DNA from: an uncultured Bacilli bacterium
GTDB taxonomy: Bacteria > Bacillota_I > Bacilli_A > RF39 > UBA660
Length of the DNA stretch: 64,000 bases
Direction of reading: 5' to 3'
NCBI GenBank assembly: GCA_934086395.1
Contig: CAKOIE010000003.1
Coordinates: forward strand, 1,163-65,162
Position numbers and translations under genes: made by a program. A model generated the notes under the pieces. The model was not told the origin of the DNA. It was given only the letters and a program-made list of their open reading frames with translations, and made no database searches. Each line of letters opens with the position of its first letter. The first letter of the stretch is position 1. This document shows, one piece after another, positions 47,069 to 56,660 of this stretch.

Positions 47069-47695
47069 CTATTTTGTAGTTCCATTATGATTAAAAGTTA
47101 TTTTTTTAATTTTGGCTGGTATCTGAATATCGCTAACTAATGTTTCATCACTTGCTCTTTCAGGATAATTTACTGTTGCAAGTTTTATCACATCTTCATT
47201 TGTTAGTTCATCCTCATTATAGTTACTTTTTTCTTTTAAATTCTTAAGTTCTTCTTCTAAACTTTTAATTTTATCCTCTGATTTTTCTATTCCTTTAGGC
47301 AATTCTTTTATGTAAAATTTATTTTCTTTATATGTTCCAAATAAATATTTTAAATACATTTGTACAATTATACTAGTTCCACCAAATAAAATTAGAAAAC
47401 CGATTAGTTTAGCAATTGTACTGTTCATTACAATTAATACTGGAATAAAAAACGGAGCCGGTGCTAATAAACATATAAGTGAAAGTATATTTTTACATTT
47501 AATATTATCTTTGGATTGTTCTAATTGTTCTTTAAACATTGTTACATATTTGTTTTCTCTCTCTATTTCATTTTGTAATGACAAAATTTTAACTGTATCT
47601 TCATTTTCATTAGATTCTACTCTTTTTAATTTTTTTTCATAATCTACTACTAATCCAACATTTGTTGTTTCATTTAAATATAATTCTTTATTCAT
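47069..47695 (-). CDS. tandem-paralog membrane/coiled-coil protein 3
   Basis: 208 aa, a mosaic of paralogs 1 and 2. Confidence 0.65.
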   Translation of the reverse strand: MNKELYLNETTNVGLVVDYEKKLKRVESNENEDTVKILSLQNEIERENKYVTMFKEQLEQSKDNIKCKNILSLICLLAPAPFFIPVLIVMNSTIAKLIGFLILFGGTSIIVQMYLKYLFGTYKENKFYIKELPKGIEKSEDKIKSLEEELKNLKEKSNYNEDELTNEDVIKLATVNYPERASDETLVSDIQIPAKIKKITFNHNGTTK

Positions 47696-47714
47696 ATTCT
47701 TTTTTCCTCTTTCT

Positions 47715-48392
47715 TTAATTTATATTAAAATCATAATTTTTAATTTTAATGTTACTTAATTCCGAATCTCTATTTTTTTCTTTTAAGCTATTAGAATAAT
47801 TAATTCTTGATAAATCTATTTCATCAATATTTAAGTTATTAGTTTTACTAAACTTAGCTTGTTTTTTCATATCATCTAATTCTTTTTGCAAAAGACTTAT
47901 TTTATCTATATTATTTTTAATTAAATTTGGAAGCACTTCTTTTTTTAATCGATAATTTTCTTTAAATGATTTATTGATTAATTCAAATACTGTAGTAACT
48001 AATATATTTATAGAACTTAATATAATACCTACAATTGTAAGTGAAATAATATTATTGGGTGTAACTAATAAATTAATAACAAATAGCAAACAAAATTCAA
48101 AAACAACACTAATAATTATTCCATTATATTTATCTTTAATATTTTTTTCAATTAAATCTAATGTATCGATATTCTCACTTAAATTATGTTGTTCAATCTC
48201 CAAATTATTTTCTTTTATCATTATTTCATTTACTTCTTTAGGCATATTTTTAGAATCTACAATATAATTTTTTTCTTCTCCATCATATATAATTCCTATA
48301 CCAGTTGTTTCATTTAATAATGTTCCTTCATCCACTTGATAATCACTTCCGTTTGTATAGAATATATTATTAAAATATACTTTAAAAGTCAA
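47715..48392 (-). CDS. distant member of the same paralog family
   Basis: 225 aa with the same architecture (LNETTGIG.., double TM, SFKENY, coiled coil) but low identity. Confidence 0.55.
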   Translation of the reverse strand: MTFKVYFNNIFYTNGSDYQVDEGTLLNETTGIGIIYDGEEKNYIVDSKNMPKEVNEIMIKENNLEIEQHNLSENIDTLDLIEKNIKDKYNGIIISVVFEFCLLFVINLLVTPNNIISLTIVGIILSSINILVTTVFELINKSFKENYRLKKEVLPNLIKNNIDKISLLQKELDDMKKQAKFSKTNNLNIDEIDLSRINYSNSLKEKNRDSELSNIKIKNYDFNIN

Positions 48393-48410
48393 TTCGAAAT
48401 TTATTTTAAT

Positions 48411-49559
48411 TTAACAATCTTTATAAATATCATAAAGATATTCTAAATCCATTTGTTGTAATACTTGTTTTAGATAGTCTTTATTTTTAGGGCTTCTTAA
48501 ATCAATATTACTTTGATAAACTTTGTTTTTCCAATAATTACTATTATCTTTATCTAAATATGTCTCTTTTAATAATTTTTCATTCAAATTTATATCATAA
48601 CCTATACCATGATTTTTAAAATCAGCATCATTATATCGTGATTCATTGTTATTTTTAATTAAATTGTTATTATATTCGATTTCCTTATAAACTTCGCCAC
48701 ATTGAAACATTATCTTGTTGGGGTCTATTCCTGAAATACTTTTACCATACATTATAGGATATTTAATATTTTTTGGAAGTTCATCATGACCAATAATTTG
48801 ATAATCACCATAATATATATTATTATCCATAATATGTTGTGATGGATATGTTGGTAATGTTTTAAGTTTATCTATAGAAACATTTTTATCTTCAGTTAAT
48901 ATATGAAATATTTCTATTATTAAAGGTCTTCCCATAAGTATATCCCAGTATTTAAAGCCTTTCTTAGTTCTTTTATATACATCCATTAATATTCTTCCAT
49001 AAGTATAACTATGTTTTCCAACCTTTACTCTAAAATAATCTCCCTCTTTATAGTTGATGTGGGTACGTTTTTCATTAATAAATAAATTTAATTCTTCTAA
49101 GTCATCAGTTGTTAAATCGTTAATATAGTTATTTAACCATTCATTTAACGAGTCTAAATCACTAATTTTCTCATCAAAATATTCTTTTAAGAATGTTTTT
49201 TGAGTTGTATAGTTTCCTATTATGTAATATCCTTCTTTTTCTTTTGATTTAGATATATAAAAGTAGGCCCCATAACCACTTAAATTCTCAATTACTGAAA
49301 AAGTTATTTTTTTAGGTTTACCTCTATTTGTTTTGTGAAGTATTATTTGGTGATTATTAGTTGTATCATAATCTACATCTTTCTCTTTTAAAGAAAAATA
49401 CTTATCAGTAACATATAAATTAATTATTTTAACTATTTTATCTTTATCAAAATAAACAAGTATTTTAACACAGCCATCCTCATATATTTCACATTTATAA
49501 TTATCTTTAAGTGGCTTTACACCTAAATATTTACGATATTTATTACTATATATTTCCAT
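48411..49559 (-). CDS. hypothetical protein
   Basis: 382 aa with no TM and no motif I can name. Confidence 0.5.
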   Translation of the reverse strand: MEIYSNKYRKYLGVKPLKDNYKCEIYEDGCVKILVYFDKDKIVKIINLYVTDKYFSLKEKDVDYDTTNNHQIILHKTNRGKPKKITFSVIENLSGYGAYFYISKSKEKEGYYIIGNYTTQKTFLKEYFDEKISDLDSLNEWLNNYINDLTTDDLEELNLFINEKRTHINYKEGDYFRVKVGKHSYTYGRILMDVYKRTKKGFKYWDILMGRPLIIEIFHILTEDKNVSIDKLKTLPTYPSQHIMDNNIYYGDYQIIGHDELPKNIKYPIMYGKSISGIDPNKIMFQCGEVYKEIEYNNNLIKNNNESRYNDADFKNHGIGYDINLNEKLLKETYLDKDNSNYWKNKVYQSNIDLRSPKNKDYLKQVLQQMDLEYLYDIYKDC

Positions 49560-49590
49560 AAATTTTCCTTTAACTATTTTAATTATTATT

Positions 49591-49688
49591 TTCTTCTAAC
49601 ATTTTTTCTTTTATTTTATCAACATCGGTAAAGAATAAATTTGTTCATTGATTTTTCATAGCAAGTAATGAGTTAAAGTTATATGATA
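49591..49688 (-). pseudogene. 3' remnant of a ToxN/AbiQ-like toxin gene
   Basis: It aligns with 50686-50783 of the intact gene. The translation is NFNSLLAMKNQ*TNLFFTDVDKIKEKMLEE, against NFNSLLAMKRQGINLFFTDIDKIKEKMLNE in the intact copy. Confidence 0.75.
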
Positions 49689-49718
49689 TCTAGATCTTTG
49701 ATGAAGCTTTACATATTT

Positions 49719-49767
49719 TCGATTGGAATCATTTATAACCCGCACCATCCATAAGCGGCTAACATTT
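49719..49767 (-). ncRNA. single orphan copy of the type III antitoxin repeat, with its promoter at 49797-49824
   Basis: TGGAATCATTTATAACCCGCACCATCCATAAGCGGCTAACATTT is identical to the units at 51216-51259 and 51266-51309. The promoter is TTGATT-16-TATACT. Confidence 0.6.
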
Positions 49768-49846
49768 ACCTCAAGTACTATCTTAAGTACAAAGAAAGTA
49801 TACTATAATTTTAAAAAAAATCAAATAGTTCTAGTAACACTAACGA

Positions 49847-50512
49847 TTATCTCTTTACCAATCTTTTTCCTTTATTTTTATTATACATATATTCATCTAT
49901 CGAAACTTGATGTTTTATATCTTTAACATCATCAACCAATTGTAACTTATTAAATAAACGCATAAACATAACATTAAAAGGAGCATAATAACTACCAGAA
50001 TTACAAAATTTAATTGTTACTCTTCCAATATTTGAACTACCATTTATAAATCCTGGCAAAATAGATTTAGGTATAAATTCAAGTTCGAATTCATCATCTA
50101 TTTTTCTTATCTTTAAAATGTTAGCATTATCGTGATTAAATTCATCACTACACCAAGTAATAGCCTTATTTTCTATATCATACAATTCAGAATAATGATA
50201 AAAATCATATTTAAAAGCTTTCTCACGATATATTTTATTATATTTTTCAGCCTCATAATTATTAAAAATATCATCATCCAAAATACAAACATTTACATTT
50301 TCTATATCCGCAAATAAATCTTGAAATGATGAATATACTGCACCATTTTCTCTAGTGATAGTAAAAAACATATTTTTAATTAATTTACTATCATCCATTA
50401 TTGTCCAGTACAAATCACCATTTCCATAAATCGACATAATAAGCCTAACATTTCCATCAATTAATGTGATATCTTTAAATCCATTATTAATTCCACTAAT
50501 AACAATTTCCAT
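49847..50512 (-). CDS. hypothetical protein
   Basis: The track ORF extends to 50533, but GGAGG plus 6 nt precedes the ATG at 50510-50512 (MEIVISG..). Confidence 0.5.
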   Translation of the reverse strand: MEIVISGINNGFKDITLIDGNVRLIMSIYGNGDLYWTIMDDSKLIKNMFFTITRENGAVYSSFQDLFADIENVNVCILDDDIFNNYEAEKYNKIYREKAFKYDFYHYSELYDIENKAITWCSDEFNHDNANILKIRKIDDEFELEFIPKSILPGFINGSSNIGRVTIKFCNSGSYYAPFNVMFMRLFNKLQLVDDVKDIKHQVSIDEYMYNKNKGKRLVKR

Positions 50513-50647
50513 TTTAAACCTCCAAACATACAATATACTACCTCAAAATAACACTTGGCACAAAATTATTTTCATATTTGTCATAATATTATTTACTTAA
50601 TTTTTTGAATCAACTTTCCATCAAAGATATTAATATGAAACACTTTT

Positions 50648-51142
50648 TTATTTATGTAATTTATCATTTTCTAACTCATTTAACATTTTTTCTTTTATTT
50701 TATCAATATCTGTAAAAAATAAATTTATTCCTTGCCTCTTCATAGCAAGTAATGAATTGAAGTTATATAATATTTCATTTTTAAGGTTATCTGCAACTCT
50801 AACTGGTGCACCATTTTCGGTATGAATATGATCAATATATTTTTCTAAAGTAGGAAATGCATTTTGAATTAATATAACAGATTTTTTATTAGCAATTTCA
50901 CTTATCATTATAGATTTACAACTACCATATTTTTTTATTTTCTTTTCAATAATTGGCTTATATTTGGATACGTTGCTACTTAAAGGTATAAACCATAAAA
51001 TATCTCCATCTTTAATAGTAAAATAGGTTGGTCTAGACTTCCCATTTTCATGATTAATCATCAATCCCTTGTCATTTTTTTTATCAAAAAAAGTATCTTT
51101 AATATGATAAATGTATCCAGTTTTAATTTCCAAAACAATCAC
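50648..51142 (-). CDS. type III toxin-antitoxin system toxin, ToxN/AbiQ/CptN-like endoribonuclease
   Basis: GKSRPTYFTIKDGDILWFIPLSSNVSKYK matches the family hallmark RP...(x)n..aPLSSpK. Size is ~160 aa, with tandem RNA repeats upstream. The start may be the TTG at 51131-51133, after AAGGGTGA. Confidence 0.7.
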   Translation of the reverse strand: MIVLEIKTGYIYHIKDTFFDKKNDKGLMINHENGKSRPTYFTIKDGDILWFIPLSSNVSKYKPIIEKKIKKYGSCKSIMISEIANKKSVILIQNAFPTLEKYIDHIHTENGAPVRVADNLKNEILYNFNSLLAMKRQGINLFFTDIDKIKEKMLNELENDKLHK

Positions 51143-51169
51143 CCTTTCAATGAGAATATATCATAAACC

Positions 51170-51198
51170 AAAATAAAACTCCATCATTATTGATGAAG
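51170..51198 (-). terminator. hairpin plus U-run between the antitoxin repeats and the toxin ORF
   Basis: The minus strand reads CTTCATCAataaTGATGGAG followed by TTTTATTTT. Confidence 0.6.
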
Positions 51199-51202
51199 CT
51201 TT

Positions 51203-51309
51203 ACACATTTTCGAGTGGAATCATTTATAACCCGCACCATCCATAAGCGGCTAACATTTCGCGATTGGAATCATTTATAACCCGCACCATCCATAAGCGG
51301 CTAACATTT
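51203..51309 (-). ncRNA. type III antitoxin RNA: 2.2 tandem 50-nt direct repeats
   Basis: The 44-nt cores at 51216-51259 and 51266-51309 are identical, with 6-nt linkers and a partial unit at 51203-51210. Confidence 0.7.
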
Positions 51310-51338
51310 ACCTCGAATACTATCTCAAGTACATAAAA

Positions 51339-51367
51339 AGTATACTATAATTTTAACGAAAAGTCAA
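51339..51367 (-). promoter_or_regulatory. promoter TTGACT-17-TATACT driving the repeats and toxin
   Basis: The reverse complement reads atTTGACTtttcgttaaaattatagTATACTttt. Confidence 0.6.
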
Positions 51368-51884
51368 ATAACTCTAGTAGCATACATTATATTATATGTT
51401 CTTTTTCTAAAATTAAACATAAAGACTTTCTATTCACATTTATATGGTGATTCGGCATAGTTATCTTTAATTTTATCTAAAGTTAGAGTTGTTAAATATT
51501 CACTGGCAGTCTTGCAAATAAAAATAAACTTCACCACTAATGATGAAGTTTATAAATTAATTATCTCTTTTCAAAACCAACTGTTTAGTTTTCATATAAT
51601 CATCTCTTTTAATATCTTTTTTCTTTGCAATATTTATCTCTCCTACCATTCTTACTATCATAAGTATATTATTTGAAATTTTAAAAATCAATAAATCAGT
51701 TAATAAATATTAAACTATTTTTTACATATGTTAATTTCAATATAAAATTGATGTTGTTTGATCAAATAATAATATAATTTTTTACACATTTTTATATTAG
51801 TACTAACATATAACATGAACCGATTTTCACAACGGGCAATCTTAAAAACACACATAATATTTTATCTATGTTCCACTACTCCCA

Positions 51885-52808
51885 TTATTCCTCATATCTA
51901 ACCTCATTCATATAATTAAATCCGCTTAAGTAATAATCATCTGAATATTCCCTTACTCTGTTTTCCATAACATCATTTATAGGTATAAGTGTATAATCTT
52001 TTAATACTACATATTTATATGTAAATGTTAATATTTCATCATAATATCTAGTTAACATATTAATTTTTACAGTAGTAATAATTCTTTTATTTAAATCATT
52101 ATCAAAGTAACTCATTAATTCATAAAAACCTTTATCTGTTTTAACTATTCTTTCATTATATATTCTAATTACTTTTTCACCTTCATAATTGCCACTTATT
52201 TTTTGGGTAGTTGGATATTTATCATTTCCATAATCTTTACTATATAAAATATTATCCTTTACATAAGCATATTCGGACATAAAATCATAATCAATCTTTT
52301 TTCCAAGAAATTCTGTTGAGTATTCCCATTTAAGATAATCACTTAAATTATAATTAGCATTTAAATACATATCATAACTATCTGTAACTTTATTATCGGT
52401 ATTATCATCATGTAAGGTATATATTATATCATTATAATCGTAAAATTTTATGTCTGCTCCTGAGTTTGGAGCAATATTCATAACCTTAATATTTTTGTCT
52501 ATATCATATACTTTTTTATAAACAAACTCTCCATTATCTAACTTTTGTGGATTAAAAATATATATAGAATTATTAGCTATAAATGAGTATTTACTAAATG
52601 ATGTATCTTCAGTTAATATTTCTCCACCATTTAGTTTTTGATATTCTTTATCTGAATATTTTTTCTTAAGTGCATCCAATATTGAATTTGCCTCTGGTGG
52701 TGTATGATCATTTAATTCCTGTTTTCCATTTTTAATAATGGCTATAGAAATAATGCTTATTAATACGATAGATACAATAACAACATAAATTATTTTTTTA
52801 CTATTCAT
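51885..52808 (-). CDS. membrane-anchored extracellular hypothetical protein
   Basis: 307 aa with an N-terminal TM. Confidence 0.5.
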   Translation of the reverse strand: MNSKKIIYVVIVSIVLISIISIAIIKNGKQELNDHTPPEANSILDALKKKYSDKEYQKLNGGEILTEDTSFSKYSFIANNSIYIFNPQKLDNGEFVYKKVYDIDKNIKVMNIAPNSGADIKFYDYNDIIYTLHDDNTDNKVTDSYDMYLNANYNLSDYLKWEYSTEFLGKKIDYDFMSEYAYVKDNILYSKDYGNDKYPTTQKISGNYEGEKVIRIYNERIVKTDKGFYELMSYFDNDLNKRIITTVKINMLTRYYDEILTFTYKYVVLKDYTLIPINDVMENRVREYSDDYYLSGFNYMNEVRYEE

Positions 52809-52815
52809 ATCACAC

Positions 52816-53898
52816 CTATTTTTCTATATATCCACTCGTTTTTTGCGTGTACATATCATTAGTTATAGCTTTATATCTTTTCCCATCATAATCATCTGTG
52901 AATCCATTATAAGCTTTATATATTTCATTAGTTTCCGTATCATATACTCTTTCATAACCAAGAGTTGCATCACTTTGTTTTTGACTCATAATATCAAATG
53001 ATTTATTTCGCTTATTCCAAGAATCCATTATCCCATCACTTATTTGATTACCTATAGCTCTAATTTGTTGGAAGTTTTTCATGACTGCATCTTGTTGTTG
53101 ATTAAATCCATTTATAAAGGTATCTGTGAATTCTAGTGAAGAACAAATAGTATTTAACGTATCTTGCCAATCAATAAATTCGTCTTTAGGCGCAGTAATA
53201 AAAATAGTATCATAAACATTTAAATATTGTATATCTATTTTTTTGCCCGAAATTATATTTTCTGACACATAATAAGAACCCACATCATACACATAAGCCG
53301 TAAATATTCCTTCTCCTTCTTTACCATTTGCATCTTTAAATGTTGCCCTTAACATATCTCCACCTAAACTGCCTTTACCTAAATTATCAATTACTGTAAA
53401 TTCAGTTAATGTTGGAAATGTAAATGTACTAGTATTATTTAAAGTACCTAAGTCATTAAATATTTTATAAAAACCTAAAGTATCTTTAGTAGCTATTACA
53501 CTAGTTTTAGCAAACATATTATTAGGATAATATTTTTGTTGCCATCTTTTCGCATCTTCTGATTTGTTATAACCCTCAGTTTTCATATTAAAGAAAAACT
53601 GATAATTAGGATTTTCTGGATTATATACTTTAATTGTATAATGAATATAATCACCTAATGTATCAACTTTCCATCCTTTTGGTTTTTTAATAGAAAACTC
53701 ATTTGTAGTATAATCTTCTAGTTCTATTTTACTAGCTTCTGACTTAACTATTTTTATATTAGAATCAGGATTATAAAATAATCCTTTACCATTTCTGCCC
53801 CCTTTAATAAGCAAAATAATTTCCCCTATAATAACAAGAACAACAACACCTATTATAATAAAATTTTTTTTAGAAATATTTAGTTTATCAAGTTTCAT
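52816..53898 (-). CDS. membrane-anchored extracellular hypothetical protein
   Basis: The track ORF reaches 53955, but AAGGAGG precedes the ATG at 53896-53898 (MKLDKLN.., then a TM). Confidence 0.5.
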   Translation of the reverse strand: MKLDKLNISKKNFIIIGVVVLVIIGEIILLIKGGRNGKGLFYNPDSNIKIVKSEASKIELEDYTTNEFSIKKPKGWKVDTLGDYIHYTIKVYNPENPNYQFFFNMKTEGYNKSEDAKRWQQKYYPNNMFAKTSVIATKDTLGFYKIFNDLGTLNNTSTFTFPTLTEFTVIDNLGKGSLGGDMLRATFKDANGKEGEGIFTAYVYDVGSYYVSENIISGKKIDIQYLNVYDTIFITAPKDEFIDWQDTLNTICSSLEFTDTFINGFNQQQDAVMKNFQQIRAIGNQISDGIMDSWNKRNKSFDIMSQKQSDATLGYERVYDTETNEIYKAYNGFTDDYDGKRYKAITNDMYTQKTSGYIEK

Positions 53899-54047
53899 AA
53901 TATCAAATTCCTCCTTTATATTTAAAATTATAATTTGAAACAATTCAAAGAGCAACTAACTTGCCACAAAAATCAATGTTTTTAATGGAAAGTTATTTTA
54001 GCATAAATTAAAATATAGTATAATAATAATTAAGGAAGTGATAATCT

Positions 54048-55775
54048 ATGAAATTTAATGAAATATTAAATAGATATCTAAAAGAATTAAATTGTTCTTC
54101 TAAAAAATTATCTACGAAATCAGGATTATCAGAGTCTGTTATAAGTAGATATCGTAGTGGTGAAAGAACTCCTTTAATGAAAAGTGAGCAATTAAATAAA
54201 TTAACAACAGCACTTTTTAATATTGCCCAAGAAAATGAACAAAATCAATATTCACTAGATAAAATTCAAAAAGATTTTAATGCTACATTAGCGAATAATA
54301 ACTTTAATTTTACAACATTTAGCAATAATTTAAACACATTAATAAATACACTTAATATTAATATAAATGAAATGGCAAAATATATTGTATTTGATGCATC
54401 ACATATTTCAAGAATAAAAAATGGTAAAGCTAAACCATCTAATCCAATAGAGTTTTCTAATAAAATATGTTCATATATTTTTTCAAGGTATAAAAGTGCA
54501 GAAGATATATGCAATTTACAAACAATAATTGGATGTAAAAAAAGTGATCTTTCTGTCAATAATTATTACAATACTTTATTTTCTTGGTTAACTAGTGAAG
54601 CAACATCTATTAAAAATCAAGCATCAGATTTTCTATATAATCTTGATTCATTCAATTTAGATGACTATATAAAAGTAATAAAGTTTAATGAATTAAAAGT
54701 TCCAAATATTCCATTTTATAAAGCTAAAACTAAACACTATTACGGATTAGAAGAAATGAAAAAAGGAGAATTAAACTTTTTTAAAGCAACTGTTCTCTCT
54801 AAATCAAAAGAAGATATTTTTATGTGTAGTGATATGCCAATGGAAGACATGGCAGAAGATATTGACTTTGGTAAAAAATGGATGTTTGCAATCGCAATGT
54901 GTTTAAAAAAAGGGCATCACTTAAACATTATTCACAATTTAGATAGACCATTTAATGAAATGATGTTAGGACTTGAAAGTTGGATTCCAATTTATATGAC
55001 TGGACAAATTTCTCCTTACTATCTAAAAGATAATAAAAATAATACATATAATCATTTCAATTATGTTTCAGGAACAGTTGCACTAACTGGAGAGTGCATT
55101 AAAGGACATCATAATAAAGGAATGTACTACTTAACCACAAACAAAAATGAAATTGAGTATTATAAAGAAAAAAGTGAATTACTTCTAAAAAAAGCTAAAC
55201 CACTTATGGAAATATATAGAGAAAACAATTCAAAAGAATACGAACTATTTTTAAGAAAAGATGAAAACATAATATGTGATAGAACAAGATATCTTTCATC
55301 ACTACCTCTATTTACTATCTCTAATGAATTACTTATTAAAATATTAAAAAGAAATAAAATAAATACCCAAGATATTGATAAAATAATCAAATATAAAAAT
55401 GATGAACTAAAATACATAAAAAATATTACCAAAAATAGTAAAATTAATGATTATATCTATATAATTAAAGAGGATGATTTTAAAAAAGATTCACCTTCCC
55501 TTTTATTAAATAATTTATTTTATAATAAAAAAATTAACTATACCTACAAAGAATATATGGAACATTTAAAATTAACAAAAGATTATGTAAAAAGCGAAAA
55601 GAATTATGAGATAAATTATGTAAAGGAAAAAACATTTAAAAATATTACTATATCAATCCTTAAAAATAATTATGTAATTATTTCAAAAAGTTCTAATCCT
55701 ACTATACATTTTGTTATAAAACACCCTAAATTAATTGAATCAATTGAAAATTTTAATCCAATTGTAAAGGAATAA
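54048..55775 (+). CDS. large regulator with two XRE-type helix-turn-helix motifs
   Basis: SSKKLSTKSGLSESVISRYRSGERTP, plus a second INEMAKYIVFDASHISRIKNGKAKP. Confidence 0.6.
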   Translation: MKFNEILNRYLKELNCSSKKLSTKSGLSESVISRYRSGERTPLMKSEQLNKLTTALFNIAQENEQNQYSLDKIQKDFNATLANNNFNFTTFSNNLNTLINTLNININEMAKYIVFDASHISRIKNGKAKPSNPIEFSNKICSYIFSRYKSAEDICNLQTIIGCKKSDLSVNNYYNTLFSWLTSEATSIKNQASDFLYNLDSFNLDDYIKVIKFNELKVPNIPFYKAKTKHYYGLEEMKKGELNFFKATVLSKSKEDIFMCSDMPMEDMAEDIDFGKKWMFAIAMCLKKGHHLNIIHNLDRPFNEMMLGLESWIPIYMTGQISPYYLKDNKNNTYNHFNYVSGTVALTGECIKGHHNKGMYYLTTNKNEIEYYKEKSELLLKKAKPLMEIYRENNSKEYELFLRKDENIICDRTRYLSSLPLFTISNELLIKILKRNKINTQDIDKIIKYKNDELKYIKNITKNSKINDYIYIIKEDDFKKDSPSLLLNNLFYNKKINYTYKEYMEHLKLTKDYVKSEKNYEINYVKEKTFKNITISILKNNYVIISKSSNPTIHFVIKHPKLIESIENFNPIVKE

Positions 55776-55779
55776 ATAT

Positions 55780-56607
55780 ATGAAAAAAAGAAAAATAAAA
55801 ATCAAATGGAAAAATATAGTACTTATTCTAATAATTATTACATCTACTATAACATTATTAATATCCATATTTAATATAATTAAATGGAAAATAGATTCAA
55901 ATAAAACGAATTACGAAATAACTAATATTCAAGAAAATATAAATGTAGAAGAAATACAAGACACCGAAAACACTGAAATAATAGAACCAGTAATAGAAGT
56001 TTCAAAAGAAAATCCTTATTGGGATTATATAAATATGAATATGATAAATGTTAATTTTAGTGATTTAAAAAGAACTAATCCAGATGTTGTTGGTTGGTTA
56101 AAGGTAAATGGTACAAATATAAATTATCCTTTTGTTCAAAGTAGTGACAATGATTACTATCTAACACATAGTTTTAATAAATCTTATAACGGAGGTGGAT
56201 GGGTGTTTTTAGATTATAGAAACAATTCAACTAATAACAAAAACACTATTATCTATGCTCATGGAAGATCCGATAAAACTATGTTTGGAACATTAAAAAA
56301 CGTTTTAAATAACGGATGGCTTAACAATACAAATAATTATGTTATCAAAATATCTACAGAAACAGAAAATAGTTTATGGCAAGTATTTAGTGTTTATCGC
56401 ATACCAACTACTAGTGATTACTTACAAACAAATTTTAATGATGATATAGAATATCAAAACTTTTTAGATATGATTAAAGATAGAAGCGGTCATAACTTTG
56501 ATACAAATGTTGCATCTACTGACAATATACTTACTTTATCAACTTGCTATAATAATAGTGATAAAATAGTCGTTCATGCTAAACTTATTAAAAAAGAAAA
56601 CAAATAA
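55780..56607 (+). CDS. srtB: class B sortase
   Basis: It has a signal anchor and the motifs VGWLKVNGTNINYPFVQSSDNDYYLTH, IIYAHG and LTLSTC. Confidence 0.85.
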   Translation: MKKRKIKIKWKNIVLILIIITSTITLLISIFNIIKWKIDSNKTNYEITNIQENINVEEIQDTENTEIIEPVIEVSKENPYWDYINMNMINVNFSDLKRTNPDVVGWLKVNGTNINYPFVQSSDNDYYLTHSFNKSYNGGGWVFLDYRNNSTNNKNTIIYAHGRSDKTMFGTLKNVLNNGWLNNTNNYVIKISTETENSLWQVFSVYRIPTTSDYLQTNFNDDIEYQNFLDMIKDRSGHNFDTNVASTDNILTLSTCYNNSDKIVVHAKLIKKENK

Positions 56608-56660
56608 ATAATAGCTAGGATAAACATATATCTTAGCTATTTTATAAAATAAATTTACTA

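Noticed and set aside
51203-51309. The tandem repeats could be mistaken for a mini CRISPR array.
   Set aside because: The units are contiguous (50-nt period, 6-nt linkers) with no unique spacers. There are only 2.2 copies and no cas genes. They sit between a promoter and a terminator directly upstream of a ToxN-like ORF, which fits a type III antitoxin.
51400-51884. Short minus-strand ORFs in the 480-bp intergenic region, for example MVGEINIAKKKDIKRDDYMKTKQLVLKRDN and a VKFIFICK... peptide.
   Set aside because: They have no convincing RBS or promoter, are very short and carry no recognisable motif. They may be remnants of decayed genes. Only a hairpin (AACTTCA...TGAAGTT) is evident.
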